A stretch of 64,000 nt of DNA from Zancudomyces culisetae HAW-14-8 (taxonomy: Eukaryota > Fungi > Kickxellomycota), in NCBI GenBank assembly GCA_052426225.1, contig JBNJNM010000021.1:186001-250000 (forward strand), in the 5' to 3' direction. The notes under the pieces are model-generated. The model saw only the letters and a list, made by a program, of their open reading frames with translations, did not search any database and had not been told where the DNA came from. The position numbers were made by a program, and so were the translations under genes. Positions within the stretch are counted from its first letter, which is position 1, and each line of letters opens with the position of its first letter. Of the stretch, positions 24,271 to 34,914 are shown piece by piece.

Positions 24271-25836
24271 ATGAAGGTAGCACTAAGCATTTCATTAGCC
24301 ACACTCCTCACATTTGCTGCAGCTGATCAAAATGTAGGTGGGCTGACATATAATCCTCGAAATAATGACGGCTCGTGCCCAACAATGGAAAAGATTCAAA
24401 ATGATTTGACTTTACTTGAAAAAAATGCTGATAGTCTTAGAATTTACAGTTTAGTCGACTGTGGTGTTGGTGAGATGATACTAGATGCAGTAGAGGGTAC
24501 TGATTGGAATCTGGATTTAGGTTTGTGGGTAAGCAATAATGAAGACGAGTTTAATGCAGAGCTGGATGAGTTGGTGAGGTTATCATCGAAGCCTAGCTTT
24601 GCAGATAATGTGTCGTCTGTAGTGGTCGGAAATGATGCTATAAGCAGAGGTGAGCAAACAGGTGAGGATATTGCCGCAAAAATACGAAGAGTCAGGGATG
24701 AGCTGGCTGGTGTAGATAAACCAAAACGGGTCACTTCCGCAGAATTATCACAGAACTACAGCCCTGCAGTAATTGCCGAAGCTGACTACGTCATGATGAA
24801 TGCTTTTCCACTGTGGAATGGGTATACTGTACATGATGCAATCTGTTCTATATATGCTGGGTTCCAACAGCTTCAAGGAAGCGCTGGTGGTAAAGAAATT
24901 GTGCTGGGCCAAACAGGATGGCCAACCTCAGGAAGCGATATAGGTATATCGGTACCAAGTGTTGACACAGCATTCCAATATATTCAGGAGTACGTCTGTA
25001 CATGCAGAAATCTGGGAATAAAGTGTTACTACTTTACCGCAATTGACTCTGATTGGAAGGCTGGTTCACACGATCCATTTGTCGTGGAGGCACATTTTGG
25101 GCTCTATTATAACAATAATACACCCAAATTTGCACAGGAAGATTGGTTTGATTGTAGGAATGTAGATACTTCGTGCGCTCCCAATATTGAGAATCCACCT
25201 TGCAACGCTCCTGACGTCATCAAGGCAGGTAAATTTACACCTGGATCAAATTTAGTCGAATGTAATCCTGGGTCAGGAAGTACTGATGTAGTTATTCCTG
25301 AAACCACTGATGTAGTTGTTCCTGAAACCACTGATGTAGTTGTTCCTGAAACCACTGATGTAGTTGTTTCTGAAACCAGCGATGTAGTTGTTCCTGAAAC
25401 CAGCGATGTGGTTATTACAGAAACCACCGACATGACTTCGGAAGAAACTATCCTAGAAACCACACTAGAAACAAATGTAACTACAACCGAGGAAATAACA
25501 CTCGCAGAAACAACAGATGAAACTATCTTGGAAACTGTTGATGTAACAAGTGAAGAAATCACTAATGTTACAACTGAGGAAACTGTTGATGTTACAAGCG
25601 AGGAAACTGTTGATGTAACAAGCGAGGAAACTGTTGATGTAACAAGTGAAGAAATCACTAATGTAACAAGCGAGGAATCTACTGATACAACTGTAGAAGA
25701 TATTGTTGACATATTCACAGAGGAGGCATCCTTGGAATCCACCGAAGCAGCTGGCTCAGACACCCTTTTGAGCGAAGTTACAACTGATGTAATAGATGTT
25801 GGTCCTGAAACAGTCGTTGCAGATATGGCAAGATAA
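24271..25836 (+). CDS. Secreted GH17 protein with Cys-rich linker and acidic Thr/Glu/Val repeat tail; catalytic Glu residues substituted
   Basis: Likely true start ATG 24271 (signal peptide MKVALSISLATLLTFAAA); GLTYNP..DGSC, LRIYSLVDC, VVVGND, VMMNAFPLW, GQTGWPTSG, VEAHFGLY. Confidence 0.92.
   Translation: MKVALSISLATLLTFAAADQNVGGLTYNPRNNDGSCPTMEKIQNDLTLLEKNADSLRIYSLVDCGVGEMILDAVEGTDWNLDLGLWVSNNEDEFNAELDELVRLSSKPSFADNVSSVVVGNDAISRGEQTGEDIAAKIRRVRDELAGVDKPKRVTSAELSQNYSPAVIAEADYVMMNAFPLWNGYTVHDAICSIYAGFQQLQGSAGGKEIVLGQTGWPTSGSDIGISVPSVDTAFQYIQEYVCTCRNLGIKCYYFTAIDSDWKAGSHDPFVVEAHFGLYYNNNTPKFAQEDWFDCRNVDTSCAPNIENPPCNAPDVIKAGKFTPGSNLVECNPGSGSTDVVIPETTDVVVPETTDVVVPETTDVVVSETSDVVVPETSDVVITETTDMTSEETILETTLETNVTTTEEITLAETTDETILETVDVTSEEITNVTTEETVDVTSEETVDVTSEETVDVTSEEITNVTSEESTDTTVEDIVDIFTEEASLESTEAAGSDTLLSEVTTDVIDVGPETVVADMAR
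25281..25680 (+). repeat. Coding 24-nt tandem repeats (TDVVVPET-type then ETVDVTSE-type units)
   Basis: About 6 near-copies of ACTGATGTAGTTGTTCCTGAAACC from 25281; several GAAACTGTTGATGTAACAAGCGAG-like units at about 25530-25680. Confidence 0.9.
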
Positions 25837-27244
25837 ACCGATTTATTTGACCTGCTATCGTTGTAGTAATTTATCGTGACATTACAAATTACAAACCATT
25901 TTCAATCAGCTAGTAGTAAATTATTTGTATTTATGAGAAATAAACTATTATTACAAAAAACCCAAGGCGTTCCGCTTTTAAAAAAAATCTTGGCAATGTA
26001 CATCCGCGACATTTAATCTGTAAATGCTCAAGCTGTTAGTGTTCTGCCCATAAAAGTTTATAGTATACAAGCTATGCATTGTAAACTTCAAGGTTATGGT
26101 GTGATGATGGTTTTCGTAGCAATGAGTTTTTGTAAATTGGTCGGAAACTATTAATGCAACATAATGTGAATAAACATGCCCTTGTTTGTCTTTATCTAAA
26201 TATAGACATTTATAGCTACTCAAAAATATATATTTCAATTGCACCATCAGTACCATCTTTTATCTTCTCAAAGCATGAAACCAGTTACCTTGAATAAGCG
26301 CCATGAAGCAAAGATTTGATCTAAAACTACTTTTACACTAAACTTGGTAAAAGTGGGATTAAGAAAAAACGTAATACTAAGGAAGGATACAGAGCTGGAC
26401 AATCAAGTTTGATCCCTGTGCTATACGCCTTGTTCAAGGTAAATAATTTTGTAACGCTTTATACTATATTACAGAGTTGGTAGGAGCTCAAACTAAGTTT
26501 GTTAATTTAGGATTTATCTTTTGAGTGTACAAATCACCGTCGCTTCTTTTTTCAAACCTCAAGAGAACAAACGACAATTCGCATGAGTGCTAATGTTTTC
26601 TGCATATATAATATCATATGTTGATGTGTTGATGAGCGTGACCTAGAAAATAAATAAATTGAAATAAATAAACTGAAAACTAACTCAATCACATGGGTTT
26701 TTTTGTGTACGTAGCAGCGATGTAAGCCCCAGAAGGCTGTTATGGTAATCCCCCCCCATAAGAGTGTATTTTAAGTTTTTTCTTTTCTCCCTTACTCTAG
26801 ATACGCACTGTTTCAGTATTAAATAAAGTTACGTCTCTTAATAACTGTTTTTTTCCACAAGATTCAGAAAACACAAGCCAGGTTTGTTCCAACTTTGGAA
26901 TATGGACACAGAATTATATCCCCCATATTATATTCCAGCAATTTTATAGAAACCTGATTGGACAACAAATGCGGTTTCATGGTGAACCTGAAAAATAATG
27001 AGGAAATGAAAATGAGAACATTGAAGGCAAACAAAGGACAGATATATTCACAAGATAAAAGCTTGTCTTGGAATAGTTTTAATTTAATTAACGGGAGGTA
27101 TATTCAATCTAAACACTGTAGGTAAAAAGTATCTTATTTCTTATTTTTATATAAACTAAAAAGGTTTTAGTAAGGTGTATGAATTACTAATGCCAAAAAA
27201 AACAATCGGAAAATTACCTCTATTAATGTGAAAGACATAGCAGA

Positions 27245-29440
27245 ATGAATATTCCAACTAGTTCAGAGAGCGATTTACTCTTTATCAATTTCAATCAGGA
27301 TTATAGGTATATATCGGATCGGTTTAATCTCCACTATGTTTATATTCATAATTGTAAAAGAAATAATGCTAATGTGTTGAATAATTAATAATGAAACACT
27401 AGCTGCATTTCTGTCGGGTCGAAGAATGGATTCAAGATATACAATTGTGATCCTTTTGGGAAGTGTTACTCTAAAAGTAAGAGGGAAATCTTTAAATTTA
27501 AATAGAAATATAGTTGTAGTAATACATATTAAAAAAACTAAACATTGAGAAAATAGCTCAGGGTGGAGTTGGAATGGTAGAGATGCTGTTTTGCACATCG
27601 CTTGTAGCTATAGTTGGCTCCGGTGAATTGCCCCACATGTCTCCGAAAAGATTGCAAATTACGAATACAAAGGTGCATATAATATCCAAAAATAACAAAT
27701 TCTCTTTTCCCTACTTTTTTTTTCCAAATATTGTGAGAATGTAGCATTTGTCTAACAAAAGTACATTATAAAAAATAGAGGCAATCAACGATTTGTGAGC
27801 TGACATTCCCAACGACGATATTAAATGTAAAACTAAACAGAAGAAGGCTGATGGTTGTTTTAGAAGAACAGATATATATATACGACATTAGCAACATGAA
27901 ATTATTACACACTATTGACACTAGCCCAAATCCTAAAGGTATTTTTTTTCTTTTTGACAATGCTTTAGATCTTATTAAAAGGATAAGAGATTATTCAACC
28001 AGAAAGTATGAGATATTAATGTAGAATAAACAATTAAATGGGTAGTATACAAAAAATAATTGCTTTTGTAAATAGGAATGTGTGCAATGTCACCAAGCAG
28101 TGAAAAATGTTATATAGCGTACCCGGTTCCTTCGGTTCAATCATATATGGGAGCCCCCCCTTCACAGAGCACAGAGCCTGTTATGAGCGACGTAATGATA
28201 TTTGACGCAAATACATGTGAGGCAATTACAGTAGTGCAAGCTCATAAACGTTCGGTCCATGCTATAGCTATGAATTCAGAAGGTACAATGCTAGCAACAG
28301 CAAGTGACAAGGGAACCGTAATTCGGATTTTTACCATACCAGATGCCATAAAGATAGCGCAGTTTAGACGGGGAACATATCCAACAAAGATATATAGTAT
28401 AACATTCAACGCAAAATCAACACTATTGTGTGTTTCCTCGGCTACTGATACTATACATATATTTAAGGTGGGCGATGGGATGGCTAAAAACCAAGCAACT
28501 GTCGAAGAGGATGAATTTTCATCAGAAATCATCTCAAGACGCTCTGAATACCGAGTAAGTAGCTAGGATACATTTATTTCCTACATTGTAGATCAATATT
28601 TTGAGAATATGTTCTCTTTTATTATCTTTTTATCTTCTTGCCCTTAGTATCAGTAATTTACTGATATACGACACCATAAATAGGCGTCAAAAGCCGGGAA
28701 GTTAAGTGTTTCTCCAAGGGGTGAGCGAAGCATTGATACAGACTCATTAGAAGGATCTAATGTATCTTTTCAAGAGGGCCAACCCGCCAAGCAGAAGGGA
28801 AAAGCTTCTTGGAAGAATATTATGAACAGTAAGCTTATTGGAAAGGCTGCCGCATATATGCCTGGCGCGATAACCGAAATTTTAGAACCTTCTCGGGATT
28901 TTGCTTTTCTCAAATTGCCTAGATCAGGAGTTCAGAGTATTGCTGCAGTTTCAGGGTAAGGTGTTTTAGCGTTACTACAAACTTTGTTTAGTATGCGAAG
29001 TGGCTAAGTATACTGGTATTACTATGAGTTACTGTGATTCTTTTATTGCTCATTTTTTGGGTGCACAGTCAAAGAGTCGGCGGAGCATACAGGCTAGTAT
29101 AATGACTTGATATATTTTGCATCTCTTTCAGCGTTTCATCCTACTTTACATATATTTTGATTGAAAATAACATTATACCAAAGAAAAAAAGCACTAACAA
29201 ACGCAAAACGAAATTTTTTGGAATAGAACGACACCACAAGTGATTGTTGTAACCTCGGAAGGATATGTATACTTATATAGTTTAGATTTGAGAAGCGGCG
29301 GCGAATGTACACTTCTCAAACAATTTAGGTAAGTATTTCCCCGCTGTCGTATTTGAAACATTATGGTAACGCTTTTTTATTTATTTCTGATTTCTAGCTT
29401 ACATGACACAAACGAAAGCACTGCCCCATCATACACATAA
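27245..29440 (+). CDS. ATG18: Atg18/WIPI PI3P-binding beta-propeller, about 8 exons
   Basis: Spliced: [10 protein letters not shown]|[23 protein letters not shown]|..[25 protein letters not shown]|[19 protein letters not shown]..|..[19 protein letters not shown]..|..[12 protein letters not shown]..|[26 protein letters not shown]; stop at 29438-29440. Confidence 0.93.
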
Positions 29441-31074
29441 ACTATCACGTATTACACAGCGCCAAAAGTATCTATGCAAACAGCTTATACATCATTTATT
29501 TTACTATTTTTTGTTTGTTTTGTATTTTTTTTAAAGCTAGCTTAACTAAGCTTCTCCGATATGTAAGATGGCTACCTAAATAAAGCTAAAGGGTTCTAAA
29601 AATGATGACATGCCTGCCAAAAGGATCAAGTTAAAATAATAATTCAAATTAGAAACAAGTGAAATTTATTTGCTTGATCTATAGCCGTAAAGAATCCGGC
29701 ATAAGAGTTATACAAATCAGGACATTTTGAATATATTATAGGTTTGATACACAAACTTGTTTAAATAAAGTGACCAGTAAATTAATCTACAAGAATGTAG
29801 CAGGCGGCATGTCCACGAAAAGATCGCGGAAAGGAGCGCGTTGAAGTGCCGAAAAGAGCTAGGCTCTGGTACCACCAACGACTATGCTTGGTTAGCATTT
29901 CGCTCCCCACCAGATACTGAACTGTCAAGGAATCTACGACCAAGAGCCTCAGACCACAAGGCAGCACAATTTGTTCTAAAGCTTTATCACTAGCGCCGTA
30001 ACCCCAATACACCAAGCCTCAAACACTAATCAAAAGAGCAAGAAAACTGGCTCTTTCAAGCAGCAGAAACGTGGAATATTGAGATATATAATTGTAAATA
30101 AAAAAGTCATAAAAAATATGACTGAATAAACTAATATCGGCGACTCTGTGTGCTTATTTGATAACTTTTTGCTGGTTTCAGAACAGGCTGTTAGTTTTTT
30201 GCAAATAAATTATCCTTTAAAACTTATGGTGAAATACTGAATATCAAACGCATTTTACTTGCTTATTGGTTATTATAAATTTTGAATTGCGGGAACAGAG
30301 GGTTTTAATATATATATTTTGGAAACAATAACTAGGAAAAAGAGGTAATGAAAGTGTAACGAAATATCCAAGTAGCAGTAATATAATAATGAAAATTGCC
30401 GTGGGAAAAGTTGGATATTAAAGGTTAAAAGACAATCGAATGGTTTATATTAATAAAAAAATACCTAGCGGCAGATATCAGAAACTTGTCCAAAGATATA
30501 AACCGAACGTATATCAAGATATTGATAAATATATCATTCAAAACAAACATATGTAAAGTCGAATACCAAAATTTTACTTTAGAGTCTATTTTGAACAGTC
30601 AAAAGAGTACAAGTTGAGACATAACGAATGTAATTTTGCCTAGCAAGCTTGCTTTGAAAATATGCTTTCCTGGAGTAGGTAACAGCAATACATCAAAAGA
30701 GAAGGCAAAAATAAACGAGATGACTATTTGAATATATACTCAGATGCATCAATAATAGCATCAAGTTATAGTTGAATGATATATCGGATAAAATACATAC
30801 AACAATCAGTTATTCCTAAAATTTACTTGTTATTTCCTAAACTAGCACTACTTTTACAAAAAATAAACACTGCTGAATAAAAATTAATAAAGTAATGATA
30901 AATAAAAACAGATATTGTATCAATTTTCTGAAATATTCATAATACTATGAATTGAATAAAAAGATTTGTAATTGCTAAGAAGGCTTCATATAATACACAA
31001 GCATTCAAACATTTTACAAAATATTTTAAAAGTTTACAATATATGTAAAAAAGCAAACACTTGGATTTCCGGCG

Positions 31075-31146
31075 GGCTTGATGGTCTAGTGGTATGATTC
31101 TCGCTTTGGGTGCGAGAGGCCCCGGGTTCAATCCCCGGTCAAGCCC
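31075..31146 (+). tRNA. tRNA-Pro(UGG)
   Basis: Acceptor GGCTTGA/TCAAGCC, D-arm TGGTCTAGTGG, anticodon arm CTCGC-TTTGGGT-GCGAG, T-loop GTTCAAT; no intron. Confidence 0.97.
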
Positions 31147-31152
31147 TTGTTT

Positions 31153-31224
31153 GGAGTGATAGCTCAGCGGCAGAGCATTCGATTGCAGATCGAATGGCCC
31201 CGGGTTCAATTCCCGGTCGCTCCT
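31153..31224 (+). tRNA. tRNA-Cys(GCA)
   Basis: Acceptor GGAGTGA/TCGCTCC, GCTC/GAGC D-stem, anticodon arm TTCGA-TTGCAGA-TCGAA, U discriminator; followed by T-runs. Confidence 0.97.
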
Positions 31225-31227
31225 AGG

Positions 31228-31265
31228 TTTTTAACTTTTTAATATTTTTTTTACTTTTTTTTTTT
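31228..31265 (+). terminator. Pol III oligo(T) terminator region after the tRNA pair
   Basis: Successive T5, T5 and longer T runs just downstream of tRNA-Cys. Confidence 0.7.
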
Positions 31266-31778
31266 GAAGTATAGTGGACATGTCAGTTTTACTAGCTGAT
31301 TAATTTAGATTCCTTTGCAGATTATCATCACATATAAGAGCAAACGTGATTAATAATAAGGTAAAGTCAATGTTAATAAAGTGAACACGAGTTACCTTAG
31401 CCTTTTCTTAACAGAATATACTTCACATGTACGTTTTAACTACATAGTAATTAGTTATAGTGCTTAGTAATCATTACATTTTACTTTTCGTATATTGTTA
31501 TAAGAACAATAATAAAAGAATTTGACACAATCATAACGGAAAGCAGAACTAGCAAAGTGATCCGAGACCTGAATATAGCTGAAACATTCAGTGCTATACT
31601 AAACTCAGCCATCACATCAGCTGAAAAATATATCAGATCAATAATAGCATCTACTATATATTACATTTCATTTAAATTAAATTTCATTAGCGTACAAGAT
31701 ATAGGACATTAATGATTTATGGATTAAAAGAAGACACAGTTTGCGATTGTCATAAAATGTAGACCATAATGTGCTATG

Positions 31779-34466
31779 TTAATAGTTGTTCGAAGTCCAC
31801 AGCGAAACTATATTTTCTGCTAATGCGGGATATATTTTCCGTTTCTTGATTGAGATCTGAGAATACTCGCTCACAGAGGAAGAGTCAAGATCGGTAATCA
31901 TGCGTACCCGTTCCTTAAACAATGGTTTAGAATGCAACATGGAATACAACCTATCAAACCCATGTGTATTTTTTAAGATAATTATCAGTTAATACCAGTA
32001 CAGTATAAAGTAGTTACCAGCTCATCATTAGAACCACTAAAAAAACATAAAGCAGTATGAATACTAGCAATGGACCTACTCTATCGGGGTACTGAACTTC
32101 TTCAACAGAACAAACAACTTGTCTTTACTGATGCCACGGATTGAAAAAAGTGACTGTGCAAACATTTCCTGAATAGATAGTGAAAGTGATTTTTGAGAAA
32201 TTCTAGCAAACGAGTCGTAAAATATCAGGAGCCTGATCTTTGGGTTAGAAATCGAAGAATCCCCGGAAGAGATTCCAATAACACCTTTATTTAAATCTTC
32301 ACGGATGTCCTTTTTCCTGATAGTTTCAGCATCTGGATGGTTCGTTTGCTGAGAATAAAAAGTCGAATCACCAGTTGAGCTAGAATTTCGAGATAAATGG
32401 TTAGACGATAGCTTTAACTTTAAACTGTTTATCGATGAGCTGGTTACATACTTGTCGTGAAGTACATATAGATGATCAGTCTAGTTTGAAGTAGTCAATA
32501 ATTAATTCAGGATTAGTGTTTAAAATAATTGATTATACAAGACATCTAAACTAAAAAAGAAAAAATACGGGTAATAATAAATATTTACCTGTGACTTTTT
32601 AATATAGTGTTTAGTGATTTTAGATAAATAACAAAGAGTTTCATCGTAACAAAGTAGTTTTTTAACGCGGATGTCGCTGTTTATTGTAAGTCTATTAACA
32701 GTCTCATAGACAAAGTCCTCACCAGATCGTTGAAAATGGTCATATCTACCACCACTACTACCACCTGTACCACTAGTACCTTGTATAGGATTTGAGTCCG
32801 TTGTTTTTGCTTTTGTCTTTGTAGTTCCTGCAGGAAGTGTAGCAGAAACAGGTGTTGAACAACCTTCGAGGATATATATTATATTGTCGACGCCGCAATT
32901 AAGTAGTCTATTTTTTTGCTCAGATATCCGACCATCAATAATACTGGCATATAAATCATCATACGTTTTTCGCTCAATCAATGTATCCAGAATAATTGCA
33001 TCTGATGAAGTAATAGTAGTACAAGCCCGAGAAGCTGAAAAATTTGTGCTGTCTGTTATTGAACTGGATCCTGGGTTGTCAAAATAAATTGTGCTCTTTG
33101 GTCTTGCAATCCAGGCATAGTCGCCAACAGGTAATGTGGTAATTTCCACATCAGTAATCCCATAATTTAGCAGTGTGTTTAATGTGTACTCACGCTCTAC
33201 AGATGAACGAATTTCTCGATTGTCAATTAATAAAGTTATGGAGTATGTGGATGCCTCAACCATGATAGGCGAGAACTCAGAAGCCTCCAAAGATGCCATA
33301 GGCATATCGGTCGCTATTACATCTGATTCTTTAGGACAGAAGAACGCGGATACAAAGCGGTCGTCAATCAATGATTCCAAGTCGGCAGGAAACCTAGTGT
33401 CGTAATCGCCCTTGCGACTGGTATCAGTACCCATATCTATTAAATGTCCTGCATTGGCTTTGGTAAGTGTAGCATTAGTATTCGTACCAATACCTACATC
33501 TGAGTTTGTCTCGGAGTAAAGCCTTTCACCTAGCTTAAAAATCTCAATATCTTCATGCGTAAGATTAATATCATCATCTGTATCAGGATTTGTGGTACCA
33601 GCAAGTTGTTCATCTGTGACTCCAGGTGAGCCAGAGTTGGAGTACATCAGTAGTGCCAAAACGATTTTCTGGGCTGCTACCATGCCCATATTCTCTGTAA
33701 TAACAAACCTATGGGTTGTAGGCGATTTTCTTTTGACGTACTGGTACTTTTCTAAGGTCTTAATTCCAGCCCATAGATTAAACCAATCTCCAAGTTTACT
33801 GCTGCTACTAGTGTTGTTGTTATTTGTGCTGTTGCTGTTACCGTTACTGGTGCTGGGATTGTGAGTGTGGTTGCTTATGGTGACAGCGCCATTGTTGTGT
33901 CGATAATATGGCAACGACAATTGTATTAGCTCGCGTTTTGCAATATAACTATCAAGACCGTGTTTTATGGCCGCCTTGTATAATCCGATAAGTAAGGCAA
34001 ACGGAGCAGACTTGTACTTCGGAATATAAATAGAATTCTTTTTCCTGGATTTTTGCCTTTTTGTGTTAACAGCAACCTCAGCTACATCCTTTGAAATGTG
34101 ACTATCACCACACCCATCTAAAACTGCAGAATTTTGTTTCTGGCGTTCAGGCTGCAATGTATGGGCTTGGTCTTGGTGGTTGTTGGTACACAGATTAAAC
34201 AGCTTCTTGGCAGTAACAGGTCCAATGCCCTCAAGCTGGACACATTCGCGCATGGTGTCCTGAACCGCAATGGGCACTGGGTATGCGAGTATCGATTTGT
34301 ACGCCTTGGCATAATTGAACTGGATCTTTTGGTTTTTGCGTTTGCTATCGAGCCACAAAGCAGCAATGTGTGGGAGTAAATGAGGATTGGCGCATTTCGT
34401 GAGGTCTGAATGTAAGGTTGCGGGAAAGCAGGAATTGCTTGCGCTGGTATTTGGTTCTTGGTCCAT
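31779..34466 (-). CDS. MUS81: Crossover junction endonuclease Mus81, 3 exons (34466-32589, 32480-~32079, ~31950-31779)
   Basis: N-terminal HhH (CANP..YAKAYKSI..LEGIGPVTAKKL), YIPKYKSAPFALL winged helix, LIDNREI, LPVGDYAW, ERKTYDDLYASIIDGRISEQKNRL; two further spliced exons give the C-terminal HhH region. Confidence 0.94.
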
Positions 34467-34672
34467 TAGCTGTTGTTTTGAAATTAACCTTTCTTAGCTT
34501 TCATTTACTTTTAGCTGTTACTCAGCTCCTATACAACTCTTCAATAGGGAAAAGTTAAAATGCTGACTCTTTCGTTGGTTGTGTTTCTCTTCTCATTACA
34601 CACTTTTTTTTTTAGCAAGCTAGGTAAGAGTCGAGATTCTGTTCCATATTTGAGAGTGAGCGAATTAGAGAT

Positions 34673-34697
34673 AGAGAGAGAGAGTGTGTGTGTGTGT
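34673..34697 (+). repeat. Compound (AG)n(TG)n microsatellite
   Basis: AGAGAGAGAGAG followed directly by TGTGTGTGTGTGT. Confidence 0.8.
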
Positions 34698-34914
34698 TTT
34701 ATTGATTGATTGATTTTATATTTTTTAAAAAAAATCCTTAACAAAGACCAATGTTTACATCAAAATATAACCAAGGAAATACAAGCAATCATTTCGAAAT
34801 TACAAGCTATCGATTTTCCAAACATATAAAACAGCTCAAGTCAAAGAGATATTCATGTGTATTAACTTTTAATCATAATGCAAAAACAGTACTAGAAAAT
34901 AGAAATGACAAAAA

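Noticed and set aside
25281-25430. Regularly spaced direct repeats resembling a CRISPR array
   Set aside because: These are contiguous in-frame coding repeats with no unique spacers, in a eukaryotic gene.
31153-31224. Possible tRNA-Sec or suppressor tRNA
   Set aside because: GCA anticodon, 7-bp acceptor stem and short variable loop indicate an ordinary tRNA-Cys.
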